A stretch of 64,000 bases of DNA from a virus, in the IMG/VR virus record IMGVR_UViG_3300049433_000139, positions 19,753 through 83,752 of that record; one strand, 5' to 3'. A program made the position numbers and the translations under genes. Each line of letters starts with the position of its first letter. Position 1 is the stretch's first letter. The notes beneath the pieces were generated by a model. That model was not told the origin of the DNA and ran no database searches. It saw only the letters and a list, made by a program, of their open reading frames with translations. Of the stretch, positions 1 to 9,057 are shown piece after piece.

Positions 1-1460
1 GCCGTTGCACTCTCAACGGTCGAGAGGTAGGAATCGCCGATTTCCTTCGCGCGCGATTTGGCTAGTGCTACTTGTTCGGCCGTAAGGCCGAGCGATTTCA
101 GTAACCCCGGATCACCACCAACACCTTGAACGGCTGTATTAACATCAGCCAAGTTTCTCTTTATACCTACTTCGGGCACGAGACTGCTTATAACCGGACC
201 AAGCGTCAACGATTGCGCGTTGGTTTGAATCTTGCGCATTTCCTCGGCTGCGTCTCTGAGCTTGTTGCCGAGTTTTTCGGACTCTTCTTGTGCCTTGTGG
301 AGGCGATCGACAAGTCCATCCATGGCCGATGAAAACAGCGGACTATTTTGGAGGGTCTTGTTGGATTGAAGTTTCCCGATTTCGTCTTGTGTCTTTTTGA
401 TTTTATCCAGGCTGTTCGCGAACTTCGTTTGATCGGACTCGTTTCCTCCGATTAGCTGCCCGACGACACTCACACCACCGGACAGGCGAGTTTTGAAACT
501 CTCCCACACCTTGGAAAGGCCGCTGGCAGAATCAGCCGCGCCGTCCGTGCTGCTTTTCACGCCGTCCAAAATGATCTTTTGAGCTGCTGTCGCGTTGTTC
601 TGCGTGACCAGGGATTTGATAAGGCTTTGCGTGTTGAAGTCGAGAAAACCCAAGCGTTCGTTAAGTTGATCAGCACCTGCAACGGGATCAACCAAAGCTT
701 TTGCCAGGGAGGCAGCGGCCTTGGTAGTGTCGACTCCCATGATTTTCGCATAATCGCGCGTGACCGCGATGGCAGAACCGAATAGGTCTTTGCTGATCTT
801 GCCGGTCTGCGCCAGTGTAGAAGCGATTTCCGAGGCGGCTGTAACAGATACTTTGCTGGCCGATGCCGACGCCACGGCAATGCCGTTGATATCATCGACA
901 GTTGCGCCCGAAGCCTTACCAATGCCCTTAAGAGACAATTGGATTTTCTCTTGGGAATCGGACCACGATTTAGCGACGTAAAAGGCACCAGCCGCGAGCG
1001 CTAAAGCAGCGACGCCAGCGGCTCGGGCCGGCGTGATGAATTCCAAAAGCTTAGAACCGACCTCGCCGAACGCACCGGAGATTCCGCCTTCTCCGCTCGC
1101 CGCAAAGCTGAGGTGGTTCATTTGTTGCGTTAGCGCTTGCGAAAGCGGAATACCGAGGGCGATGCTCTCGCCCATGGATCGAATAGAGTGGAACGCCGCT
1201 TGCGCCTGGATAGACATACCGGCATGTGCATGTGAAGCGCGGTCAGAGGCGTCGGCAAGTGAGTCTGTTGCACCAGCGGCCGGCGCTACGGCTTCATGCA
1301 GGGCTTTAACGGCAGCGCTGGATTTAGCGCCAGACGCGGCCAATTTATCCGTGTTTACAGCAGCCGCGGCGCTCTTAGTAGCGAGCTGGTCAAGCGCGGT
1401 GTTAGCCGTTACGACTTGACGCGAATCAACCGCAAGACCGAGTGTTGCAATATCGGTCAT
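1..1460 (-). CDS. Tail tape measure protein (N-terminal part; runs off the window)
   Basis: Read manually: MTDIATLGLAVDSRQVVTANTALDQLAT...; Ala-rich; ATGA overlap with the upstream gene; follows the tail chaperones. Confidence 0.85.
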   Translation of the reverse strand, partial: MTDIATLGLAVDSRQVVTANTALDQLATKSAAAAVNTDKLAASGAKSSAAVKALHEAVAPAAGATDSLADASDRASHAHAGMSIQAQAAFHSIRSMGESIALGIPLSQALTQQMNHLSFAASGEGGISGAFGEVGSKLLEFITPARAAGVAALALAAGAFYVAKSWSDSQEKIQLSLKGIGKASGATVDDINGIAVASASASKVSVTAASEIASTLAQTGKISKDLFGSAIAVTRDYAKIMGVDTTKAAASLAKALVDPVAGADQLNERLGFLDFNTQSLIKSLVTQNNATAAQKIILDGVKSSTDGAADSASGLSKVWESFKTRLSGGVSVVGQLIGGNESDQTKFANSLDKIKKTQDEIGKLQSNKTLQNSPLFSSAMDGLVDRLHKAQEESEKLGNKLRDAAEEMRKIQTNAQSLTLGPVISSLVPEVGIKRNLADVNTAVQGVGGDPGLLKSLGLTAEQVALAKSRAKEIGDSYLSTVESAT

Positions 1461-1678
1461 GGAAACAACACATCAAACAACGCAGGCGTGATATTTTGCA
1501 CAGGAGCGACGACCGCACTTGGCGAATCCTCTCCGCTCCCGTAACGCGCACGCGTCAGTCCGTTTTCGAATTTAATTCGAGATGAAATTGCGCGGGCTAG
1601 GGCGTCGATCGGCATTTTACTCACTTGCTTGTGGGTATACCCACACACGCCCATGCCGTCGTTTTCCAGCCACTCCAA
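1457..1678 (-). CDS. Tail assembly chaperone, C-terminal (T-like) segment, probably made by -1 frameshift
   Basis: Lies between the chaperone and tape measure genes, in the -1 frame, open from GGGGGAA at 1699-1705. Confidence 0.7.
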   Translation of the reverse strand: MEWLENDGMGVCGYTHKQVSKMPIDALARAISSRIKFENGLTRARYGSGEDSPSAVVAPVQNITPALFDVLFP

Positions 1679-1692
1679 ATATTCGGAGTGGC

Positions 1693-2016
1693 TTAGGCTT
1701 CCCCCGACTCGCTACCCTCCGACGGCGCGACAGGACGGCCGCCGTTAACGAGATAGTCGACGAACGTGGAAAGCGGTGTGACCAGGGACGGCATGCCTGT
1801 TTTGTAAACGGCGTTCTCGACTTCGCTTGCTTTCTTATCCAGGCCGGCTGCGACCACCGCCACATAGAAATCCAAATCGCCCTGGCCGAGACGATTCGCT
1901 ACGTGCGAAAAACCACCGCTCGCGTTGATGCGCTTTGCAGCGGCCAAAGAGCAGCGAAGTACGGCGGCCTTGCCGTCAAGCGTAATTTCGACTTCGCCGA
2001 TTGAAGCGTCTGCCAT
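1693..2016 (-). CDS. Tail assembly chaperone (G-like)
   Basis: 107 aa, immediately after the tail tube gene; slippery sequence at its 3' end. Confidence 0.75.
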   Translation of the reverse strand: MADASIGEVEITLDGKAAVLRCSLAAAKRINASGGFSHVANRLGQGDLDFYVAVVAAGLDKKASEVENAVYKTGMPSLVTPLSTFVDYLVNGGRPVAPSEGSESGEA

Positions 2017-2042
2017 TCAATTCCCCTGTGTCGCGCGCGCCG

Positions 2043-2777
2043 TTACTGAATGGCGGCGAAACGAACGATGTTGCTGTTGATTTCGATTGTGCTATCGAGG
2101 TTGCGAATGGTGTTCGCGGCGCCGCCAGTTTCCTGCGCATTCATCACCAGGCCGATGAAATAGCGCTGCGACGGAACCGGGACGGACGATCTGGTATGGA
2201 CACCAGACTGAGTGCCGGTCGTGGTGATAGCGGAACCGCCCGAAGTGGCTGCTACGCTGTACGCGCCGGCCGCAAAACCAGCGGCGGCAACAAAATACGT
2301 GGTGCCCGCAACAAGGCCGGTCGGCAACGCGCCAGTCGTCGCGAACGAAACCTGGTCACCAATAGAAAGGCCATGCGCCGCGTCAGTGAATACGCCAGGC
2401 ACCGCAATGGTGACAGTCACAACAGCGGACGATACCGGCGCGGCATCGTTCCACGCAATCTTGCAGGCGTAGTTGCTCTTGTTGCTCGGCAGCGACGCTG
2501 CAATCAACGCAAGCTGGCCAGGATCGGCGGCGTTGAACGTGAAAATGTTTTGCATCGAGCCGGCGTTCGAGGTGCCCTTCTGCTTGGCGTCCCGGCCGCG
2601 ATTGATAAGCGGCGTGCTAATGAGCGCCGCGGCATCGCCGATGGTTCCGGCCTGTGACCAACCGTCGACTTCAACCCACGTTTGACTCGTGAAGTCCCCG
2701 AGCACGAAATCAGCGTTCTTATCATTGAGAACACCGCCGAGATAGAAGTGGGAACCTGCAACGGGAAACAGAGACAT
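2043..2777 (-). CDS. Major tail tube protein with an internal beta-rich insert
   Basis: WVEVDGWSQAGTIGD...KQKGTSNAGSMQ pattern typical of alphaproteobacterial siphophage tail tubes; synteny. Confidence 0.8.
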   Translation of the reverse strand: MSLFPVAGSHFYLGGVLNDKNADFVLGDFTSQTWVEVDGWSQAGTIGDAAALISTPLINRGRDAKQKGTSNAGSMQNIFTFNAADPGQLALIAASLPSNKSNYACKIAWNDAAPVSSAVVTVTIAVPGVFTDAAHGLSIGDQVSFATTGALPTGLVAGTTYFVAAAGFAAGAYSVAATSGGSAITTTGTQSGVHTRSSVPVPSQRYFIGLVMNAQETGGAANTIRNLDSTIEINSNIVRFAAIQ

Positions 2778-2786
2778 GAGCGTTCC

Positions 2787-3212
2787 TTATCTTACAAAGG
2801 TGCGGTAGCGGATGCTTACCGGCGTTCGGGTGTAGGGCGCATCAGCGATGGGCGCTGCGATTGCGGGCGTCTCGTATACATCCACTTGGACGCTGCCGTT
2901 TGTCAGGCGCGTGCCTCGCGGAAACCACGCGGCGACCGCGTCGGCGATCTGCGTCGGCGTTTTGGTCCCGCCCGCCGGAAACTGCTTGGTCACTACTGTG
3001 ACCTGTAGAATGCCCGCGTGCTCGTCCCACGCCGAAATGCCAACCCCTGCCGTGGCAGCGCGAAGAATCGCGCATTCAAGATAATTGCCGATCGCGGGTG
3101 GCGTGAACACCACGTCCGGGTACGCCACCGGCAGAACCGGCGAAAGGGTTAACGCTGCAAGGCGCGTAAACAGCGCTTCCGTGATCTGCGCTTCGACGCC
3201 CACAGCGGTCAT
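2787..3212 (-). CDS. Tail terminator-like protein (DUF4128-like)
   Basis: PVAYPDVVFTPP...GILQVTV...ADAVAAWFPRG...PVSIRY; synteny. Confidence 0.7.
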   Translation of the reverse strand: MTAVGVEAQITEALFTRLAALTLSPVLPVAYPDVVFTPPAIGNYLECAILRAATAGVGISAWDEHAGILQVTVVTKQFPAGGTKTPTQIADAVAAWFPRGTRLTNGSVQVDVYETPAIAAPIADAPYTRTPVSIRYRTFVR

Positions 3213-3217
3213 GTTGC

Positions 3218-3246
3218 TTTATACCGCCAATTTTGCAAAAAGTCAA
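3218..3246 (-). promoter_or_regulatory. Phage promoter motif copy (leaderless start of the tail terminator gene)
   Basis: TTGACT-TTTTGCAAAATTGGCGG-TATAAA, with ATG 5 nt after the -10. Confidence 0.7.
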
Positions 3247-3319
3247 CAGATAACGAAACGCCCTAGACACGGCCGGGTTGTGCAGATAGCATCCCGCGTT
3301 TTTGGGGTTCATACAGATC

Positions 3320-3724
3320 ATGCGTTGCTTTCTATTACTCGCTTCTTCCGCTGCTCTTGCCGGCTGCGCTACGATCACAGAAGGAACCACACAAAACATC
3401 CGCGTCGAAGTGGTGCCCGATAGCGGAACTTGCGTTCTTTCGCGCAAGGGCGAAACTCTTGGCGCGTCGACACCTGGGCAGCGTATCGTCAACGTATCGA
3501 AGTCCATGAACGATATTGATTTCAAGTGTTCGGCACCCGGTCATCAGGACAGGGATGAAAGTTTGTCATCGTCGCTTTCGCCAGCAACCGTTGCCAGTTT
3601 CTTTTTGTTCGACTTGGGTATTGTAGACGCTACTAGCGGCGCATGGAAAAAGTATCCAGGGCGCATAACAGTCGTGTTGCAACCGTTACCTACCGTATCG
3701 CCGCCGGCCGTGAAGCGGCGTTAA
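3320..3724 (+). CDS. Lipoprotein moron, opposite strand within the tail module
   Basis: MRCFLLLASSAALAG-C lipobox; own TAGACA-N17-TAGCAT promoter at ~3264-3292. Confidence 0.8.
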   Translation: MRCFLLLASSAALAGCATITEGTTQNIRVEVVPDSGTCVLSRKGETLGASTPGQRIVNVSKSMNDIDFKCSAPGHQDRDESLSSSLSPATVASFFLFDLGIVDATSGAWKKYPGRITVVLQPLPTVSPPAVKRR

Positions 3725-4125
3725 AGTGACGCGGCAGCCTGGTCCACGATGCCGGAAAATTCGACAACTGTAATTCGGACAACCCCGCTCGGGGCTTGTT
3801 TTGACCAGCCATATTCGAGCCGACGCGAGTAGGAGAGATTAGAGCACATCGTAATAATTGTTCCCGCGCTGAGTTGCGCAACAGCCGCGTTGACACGCGC
3901 AAAAGACGGTGCGCCAGACTTGTCGATCGTGCCGGGGTCATCGGTCGGAATTGAATTGATGGCAACAACCCATGAAGACTTAAAACGCCCTTCGTCTACC
4001 GGGGATTTCTGGATGACGCGCGAAAACATTTCCAGTGCGACTTTGCGCACGACTAGATCGGCGTTGCCTTTAGCCTTCGCGCAAAATTCGGCGATCTGCG
4101 CGGCGAAAATTGAGCCGTTAGACAC
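3721..4125 (-). CDS. HK97 gp10-like tail completion protein
   Basis: SPVDEGRFKSSW...NLSYSRRLEYGWSKQAPSGVVR motif. Confidence 0.8.
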   Translation of the reverse strand: MSNGSIFAAQIAEFCAKAKGNADLVVRKVALEMFSRVIQKSPVDEGRFKSSWVVAINSIPTDDPGTIDKSGAPSFARVNAAVAQLSAGTIITMCSNLSYSRRLEYGWSKQAPSGVVRITVVEFSGIVDQAAASL

Positions 4126-4492
4126 GAATATGACAATCGAACAAAACGACGGTCCCGGCCGGCGCGAGCGTATTCGCCTTCAGCACCGATTTGACCACGG
4201 CACCCACCACGATCGCGTCGCCCGGTAGCAGCGCGGTCACACCAAGCGCATTGAGTGGCCCGGCCGCGACCAGCCATCGTTCGTCATTTTCGAGGACGTT
4301 GCCGCCCTGCATCTGTTTCCATGTGAATTCGACCCTGGCGGCAAAGGTAGGATAGTCCGTGGGTGTAAGCGTAGGCGCGTAATCGGTGCCCGAGCTGGTC
4401 ACGCGACGAACGGACGCGGCGGCGCCGAATTCTTGAATCATCTCGTCGGCGTCGTCGCGGCTTTCTAGGTAGTCGAATGTGTCAACAGCCAT
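4118..4492 (-). CDS. Head closure / head-tail joining protein
   Basis: 124 aa; synteny; ADEMIQEFG...PAGTVVLFDCHIR. Confidence 0.65.
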   Translation of the reverse strand: MAVDTFDYLESRDDADEMIQEFGAAASVRRVTSSGTDYAPTLTPTDYPTFAARVEFTWKQMQGGNVLENDERWLVAAGPLNALGVTALLPGDAIVVGAVVKSVLKANTLAPAGTVVLFDCHIRV

Positions 4493-4534
4493 ATGCGCGA
4501 TCCCGTATCCCGTGGAAATATACGCGAGTGCGCA

Positions 4535-4909
4535 TCACAGCAGCTCCAGATGCCAAGTCCACTCAACGTGTTCGATTCCATCGTCGCTGAAATGCGGATC
4601 ATGGACGAGCGAGCCGAATGAATAGATTGTTGAATGGTAAACGCCTCGCGGCGAAAGTCCGTTGGCGATATAAAAAGCGGGCATTGCCGTTACTTCGTGC
4701 CCGCCAGTGCGTTTCAAACGCATCTTGAACATACGCGCCAGCCAATCATCGCAACGGTCTTTGTAGTTATCGTTTCGGCCGAACATCTGATCAAATGGCG
4801 GGACCATCCACAACGGAATATCAAGCAACGATGCGACGCATGCTGCAAAGCAATTACCGTTTCCGATACCTTCTGGCGAATATAGTCGATCCTGCTTGAC
4901 GGGTCTCAC
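4535..4909 (-). CDS. Hypothetical protein (GNCFAACVASLL...H..HDP; peptidase-like Cys/His pattern)
   Basis: ORF coupled to neighbour by GTGA overlap; function inferred only weakly. Confidence 0.55.
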   Translation of the reverse strand: MRPVKQDRLYSPEGIGNGNCFAACVASLLDIPLWMVPPFDQMFGRNDNYKDRCDDWLARMFKMRLKRTGGHEVTAMPAFYIANGLSPRGVYHSTIYSFGSLVHDPHFSDDGIEHVEWTWHLELL

Positions 4910-5469
4910 GCCCGCACCAGCCGCACGTTCCCGCTGCTCGCGCCCGGCGTGCTCGTCACGAGGCCGCGCAGAATTCCCTCAATAACCATGTAGCGGTCCA
5001 CGGCCGGCGCACCGTCTATGTACGTTATATCCTTGCGCAACGGCCCTACCGACTTCCCGATGCTTTTAATCTGCCCGCCGCGGACCAGTGTCGGCTCCAT
5101 ATCCGCGCCGCCCAAGGCGAGCAAAGCGGCTTCCATGGCGGCATGCTGCACTTGGAGTGGCACCGTCGTGCTGGGGATCTGAAATCCGTTGATATCTACC
5201 AATGGATACTGCATTGAGCGGTGCCAAGGGTCTCGGCTACCGTCCAGTCGAGGCCACGCAAGCGCTTGCGTTTGGGTAACGGTCAAACCAACCCATCGCG
5301 CCCGGTATTGGTTTTCCAGGTAAGCGGTCCCCTTGCGTGCCGCAGCCTCTTTGACTGCCGTAGCGCCGGTCCACGCTGTCACGCCCCGAGCGGAGAAGTA
5401 CGTATCGGCGTCCGTAATGGCGAAATATGACTCTGCCGCTACGTCACCCGCTGTGCTATTAAGCGCCAT
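4906..5469 (-). CDS. Head-tail adaptor (DnaT-like phage family)
   Basis: AESY...ADTYFSARG...QALAWPR...VQHAAMEAAL...VGPL pattern; synteny. Confidence 0.75.
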   Translation of the reverse strand: MALNSTAGDVAAESYFAITDADTYFSARGVTAWTGATAVKEAAARKGTAYLENQYRARWVGLTVTQTQALAWPRLDGSRDPWHRSMQYPLVDINGFQIPSTTVPLQVQHAAMEAALLALGGADMEPTLVRGGQIKSIGKSVGPLRKDITYIDGAPAVDRYMVIEGILRGLVTSTPGASSGNVRLVRA

Positions 5470-5478
5470 TTCTGCCCC

Positions 5479-5988
5479 TTACGCTGCCGGCGCGAGTTGC
5501 GTCCAAAGCGGCTGCGCCTTGGTCCCGGTATTGATGTAGAGCGTGCCCGCCGTAATATTGGTATAGCGCGAACCGATGCCAGCGACGCCCTCGCCAGTAG
5601 CCGGCGGGGTGCCATCCGTGTAATCGACCGGAGCGCCCGCGCCGATGTACTCCTTGACGTCGCCGACGGTGCCGTTTGCCGGCACGTGCGCAAGCAGGGC
5701 AGCCGCCGCAGCGGCGGCCAGCGTTTCCGCAGCGGTTGGGAAGTCTACAGGCGCAGCGCTGTATGTCAGAAACCCTGTAAGCGCCTCAACCTGATATCGC
5801 GTGTCGGCAGCAAACGGTCCAACCAGAACTGTCGCACTCGCGGCAACCGCAGTAAGGCCGGGAGTATCGCCGATATATGAGATAAAAGGAAACAGGCGAC
5901 CACTCGAAAGCGCATCCGCAACAATAGTGAGTTGTTGCCCGGCGGGAAGGGTGATCGTCTGCCATGAACCTTGAAAAACAGTGGTCAT
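5479..5988 (-). CDS. Putative virion structural/decoration protein
   Basis: Start MTTVFQ via ATGA overlap; lies in the head module; C-terminal GSRYTNITAGTLYINTGT. Confidence 0.55.
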   Translation of the reverse strand: MTTVFQGSWQTITLPAGQQLTIVADALSSGRLFPFISYIGDTPGLTAVAASATVLVGPFAADTRYQVEALTGFLTYSAAPVDFPTAAETLAAAAAAALLAHVPANGTVGDVKEYIGAGAPVDYTDGTPPATGEGVAGIGSRYTNITAGTLYINTGTKAQPLWTQLAPAA

Positions 5989-6221
5989 GTGATTTCCTTT
6001 TTGATGCCTGCCACGGTGCCGAAAAATGCCCCGACCATCGCCGGTAAAAGCATCCACGGGTCATTGACGAAGTTAATGGCGGCATAGCCGCTCAAAGCGA
6101 TGATGCCCGCCGCGTAAATTCCAGCCGCACCCCGGCTGCATTTGCCTATCGCGGTCGTGTATCGTGCATAGAGGAAATCAAGCACGAACACGGATATCAA
6201 GACGAGCAAAGCGTTACCCAT
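5985..6221 (-). CDS. Small membrane protein
   Basis: 78 aa with about 3 hydrophobic segments; TGATG coupling. Confidence 0.6.
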   Translation of the reverse strand: MGNALLVLISVFVLDFLYARYTTAIGKCSRGAAGIYAAGIIALSGYAAINFVNDPWMLLPAMVGAFFGTVAGIKKEIT

Positions 6222-6586
6222 CAATAAAACGCTTTCGGGTCGAATCCGTGATGTTTGCAAACCTGGGCGGCATACTTGCGAAACGGTACGTTGTGCGTGT
6301 CACCGCCACCGCGCAGGCTTTCCATCCCGGTCGCTTCAAGATGAAGGTGAATCATTTCGTGTGCCATAAAGCGCATTAACGTCCATGTGTGCCCAATTGA
6401 AATAGTCGACGCCGTAATCGTGTGCCGTTTTCCATCCCACTGATATCTCCCAAATTCTTTCTTGTTTCGAGAAAGTTTGAATCCCACTTCCTCGGATTCG
6501 GGCAAATTCCATCGGTTAAATGGTGGCGTAAGGCGCAGAAAATCATATGACGCCGCCAGCGTTTCCGGATTGAGTGGCAGCGCCAT
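6221..6586 (-). CDS. SprT-like zinc metalloprotease
   Basis: HEMIH (HExxH) plus downstream H..F...A pattern. Confidence 0.75.
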   Translation of the reverse strand: MALPLNPETLAASYDFLRLTPPFNRWNLPESEEVGFKLSRNKKEFGRYQWDGKRHTITASTISIGHTWTLMRFMAHEMIHLHLEATGMESLRGGGDTHNVPFRKYAAQVCKHHGFDPKAFY

Positions 6587-6591
6587 GGTCG

Positions 6592-6894
6592 TCAGCCTCG
6601 CGACTTCAACTTAGCTTCAATAACGTCGATCGCTTGGCGCTTGTTCTCAACTGCGCGACCGGATACCACGGCAGCGAGTTGTCGAAGCGGTCCTGCGTCC
6701 TGCGAACGCCAGTCGGCAGGCAATTTGGCAAGTAGGTCGACAGGAGGAACCGGCAGGGCAGGAAGCGGAGGCAACGCGGGCGCGGGCGGCGGCTCTGTCC
6801 ACGGCTCGTGCTGCGCAGGGTCAAAGTCAGACTCATTGATGACACAGAAGCCGTCACCACGTTTGATCTTAACTGTCGGGCAGATATCGGACAT
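6592..6894 (-). CDS. Hypothetical post-capsid protein
   Basis: RBS AAGGA; INESDFDPAQHE motif seen in genes that follow the major capsid gene. Confidence 0.65.
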   Translation of the reverse strand: MSDICPTVKIKRGDGFCVINESDFDPAQHEPWTEPPPAPALPPLPALPVPPVDLLAKLPADWRSQDAGPLRQLAAVVSGRAVENKRQAIDVIEAKLKSRG

Positions 6895-6963
6895 TTAGTC
6901 TCCTTGATGGACTCTATGAAGCGGGGCGGTTTTGACGCGCCCCACTCTTAGAACCCATTTGCA

Positions 6964-6991
6964 AACCTACAACCGATTTGCAAAAAGTCAA
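6964..6991 (-). promoter_or_regulatory. Phage promoter motif copy
   Basis: TTGACT-TTTTGCAAATCGGTTG-TAGGTT; 34 bp identical to the copy at 24957. Confidence 0.7.
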
Positions 6992-6994
6992 CAG

Positions 6995-8170
6995 TTATGC
7001 GCCGATCAGAACGCCAGCATAACGGGGCATAATCATCTTAACGCCCCACGCCAGGTTCACTTCGTAACGAAGCTGGCGCTTCTGCCGATACAGAGCGAAC
7101 TCATACGCGATGCCCGAAACGGGATCGACGATGACTTCGACCTGATCCGCACTGTCTCCACCTTCCGGCATGGCCGGCGCGCGGGTAGCGAGCTGGATAG
7201 CCGAACGATGGAAGAACATATTACGGGTCGTCGCCGCAATGGTCGTGATGACCACGGCAGACGCGGCCAGGGCCACCTTAAGGCCCGGTTCCGCGATAAT
7301 CAGCGTTCCGGCGCCGGTCGCGACGTTGGTGTCACCTTGCACAACCAGGTACTTGTTGGTGTCACCGGCAAACGTGATGATGTCACCCGCGATGATGGTG
7401 CCAGTGCCGGCGTCGGCCATGGTGATCGACGTGGTGCCGACTGCGTAGCCGGTCGCGTCGGTCGTAGCCGAGCCGTTATTGGTGCCGACGGTAACAGCCG
7501 CCTTGACCTGTGCCGACTCGTGGAGTGCCCAATTCTGCACGACACCAAGCGATCCGGTGCGGAGCAGTGCATCGCTGCCCGCCTCGTTCACTTTGAACAA
7601 GGTGGACTGCTTGCCGCGGATGTTGGTCGCGGCGTTGTCGCCGAGAACCATATGACGGTCGGACTGCGGAGCGCCGTTGGCATTGAGGATTTTCGTCGAA
7701 TTGGCGAAATCCGACAAGTCAGCGGCGGTGCCGAACGGCGTGGTGTTGAAAGTGCCATAGGCGCGACTGGCATAGATATGCAGCGCCGCGAGATCGGCTT
7801 CAACCTCGTTGGTCAAGGTACGCAAGCACTGCGCGATACGGTCGCGATTGATGGTCGCGAGCGAACCGGAAACGCCCTTGGATTCCTCGCCGGTGATGCC
7901 AAACGGCACCGAACGAGCTTTGGTAATCGTCATATCGACGTAGTTGATCGTCTGATTCGGGGCAGACGCCGAAACGTTGTCCACAGTCAGATTTTCGGCC
8001 GCCATCGCGCCGACAACCGGCGAACGGACAACCTGGTCGATGGCGGCACGTTCCGCCGAAAAGTCCTGCGACACGGCACGGACAAATCCGACCTGTTCGC
8101 GAGCAACAACGTCCATTGCCTCGTAAATGGTGGGAATCAGCCCCGTAAGAGTGGTGGTGGTCTTGGTCAT
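6995..8170 (-). CDS. Major capsid protein (P22 coat-like family)
   Basis: 391 aa, follows the scaffold gene; LIPTIYEAMDVVAREQVGFV...YEVNLAWGVK. Confidence 0.9.
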   Translation of the reverse strand: MTKTTTTLTGLIPTIYEAMDVVAREQVGFVRAVSQDFSAERAAIDQVVRSPVVGAMAAENLTVDNVSASAPNQTINYVDMTITKARSVPFGITGEESKGVSGSLATINRDRIAQCLRTLTNEVEADLAALHIYASRAYGTFNTTPFGTAADLSDFANSTKILNANGAPQSDRHMVLGDNAATNIRGKQSTLFKVNEAGSDALLRTGSLGVVQNWALHESAQVKAAVTVGTNNGSATTDATGYAVGTTSITMADAGTGTIIAGDIITFAGDTNKYLVVQGDTNVATGAGTLIIAEPGLKVALAASAVVITTIAATTRNMFFHRSAIQLATRAPAMPEGGDSADQVEVIVDPVSGIAYEFALYRQKRQLRYEVNLAWGVKMIMPRYAGVLIGA

Positions 8171-8227
8171 AGTAGTGTCAGCCTTTCGTGCTGTTCATGG
8201 ATGCGGGGCCGTAGTGGCGTGCCGCGG

Positions 8228-8992
8228 TTAATCGACGACCTTGAATCCGGCTTTCATCTTCTCAGCGCGTTCGGTCGAGCCGAGCGCGTGGAATTCCGCC
8301 AGTGTCAGAGTCTTTGCGCCGGATCCCCCGCCGCCCTTCGGTGGCGTCCCGCCACCCGCGCCCGTGCCTTCAAAGAAGTTCGGGAATTCCTTCATGATTT
8401 CTTTTACGAGATCGTCGTAATTGGCGAGGCCGTTGGACAACGAACCAACCATCGGTTTGCCGTCGGCGTCGAGAATGGAAGAACTGGCGCTACCTGCGTC
8501 GTCGAATTCGATTTTGACGCGATCTCCAAAAAGCTTCGGAGCGCCCTTGAGTCCCTGCTCGTTGGCCTTCGCCTTGATAAGCGCGGTGGCGAGTGACGTA
8601 TTGACCACGGCCTGCTCGGCGATCTTGAGCGCGGACTGCCGCTGCTTTTCTGCCGTGCTGATCTTGCCGTCGTATTCGAGCTTCTGGTCGCCGAGTTTCT
8701 TGGCGAGCACTTCGTCGAACTTGCCGGCCTTGATGGCGAGTTGTTCCGCCTTGGTGCGCTCGGCGGCGAGCATCTCGTCGATTTCCTCCGGCGACTTACC
8801 AAGCCGTTCCCACGCGGCAACCTTGTCCTTGGCGGCCTTGTTCAAACCGCGCTCGGATTCTAGGGCGCGCTTCAAGCCGGTGGTGTCCTCGATTTCGAAA
8901 TCGAGATGAAACTTTCCGTCTTTCGGCACATACGCGCCGCGCACGGCTTCGGGAACGGATTCGAGGGTATCAACTATTGCAGCCAAGGCCAT
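8228..8992 (-). CDS. Capsid scaffolding protein
   Basis: Coiled-coil, GLKRALESER, Gly-rich linker; synteny. Confidence 0.8.
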   Translation of the reverse strand: MALAAIVDTLESVPEAVRGAYVPKDGKFHLDFEIEDTTGLKRALESERGLNKAAKDKVAAWERLGKSPEEIDEMLAAERTKAEQLAIKAGKFDEVLAKKLGDQKLEYDGKISTAEKQRQSALKIAEQAVVNTSLATALIKAKANEQGLKGAPKLFGDRVKIEFDDAGSASSSILDADGKPMVGSLSNGLANYDDLVKEIMKEFPNFFEGTGAGGGTPPKGGGGSGAKTLTLAEFHALGSTERAEKMKAGFKVVD

Positions 8993-9057
8993 TTAAGCAT
9001 CCCGCTTTTTAGAACCGGCATCCCGCCGGCAAGGTGGTTCGTCGCGGGTGATACGCG

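Noticed and set aside
6932-8596. 554-aa + strand ORF, and similar long antisense ORFs (37886-38824, 38326-39363, 40624-41622, 44108-45145, 55211-56335, 59949-60908)
   Set aside because: Shadow frames opposite well-supported genes in GC-rich DNA; no recognisable motifs
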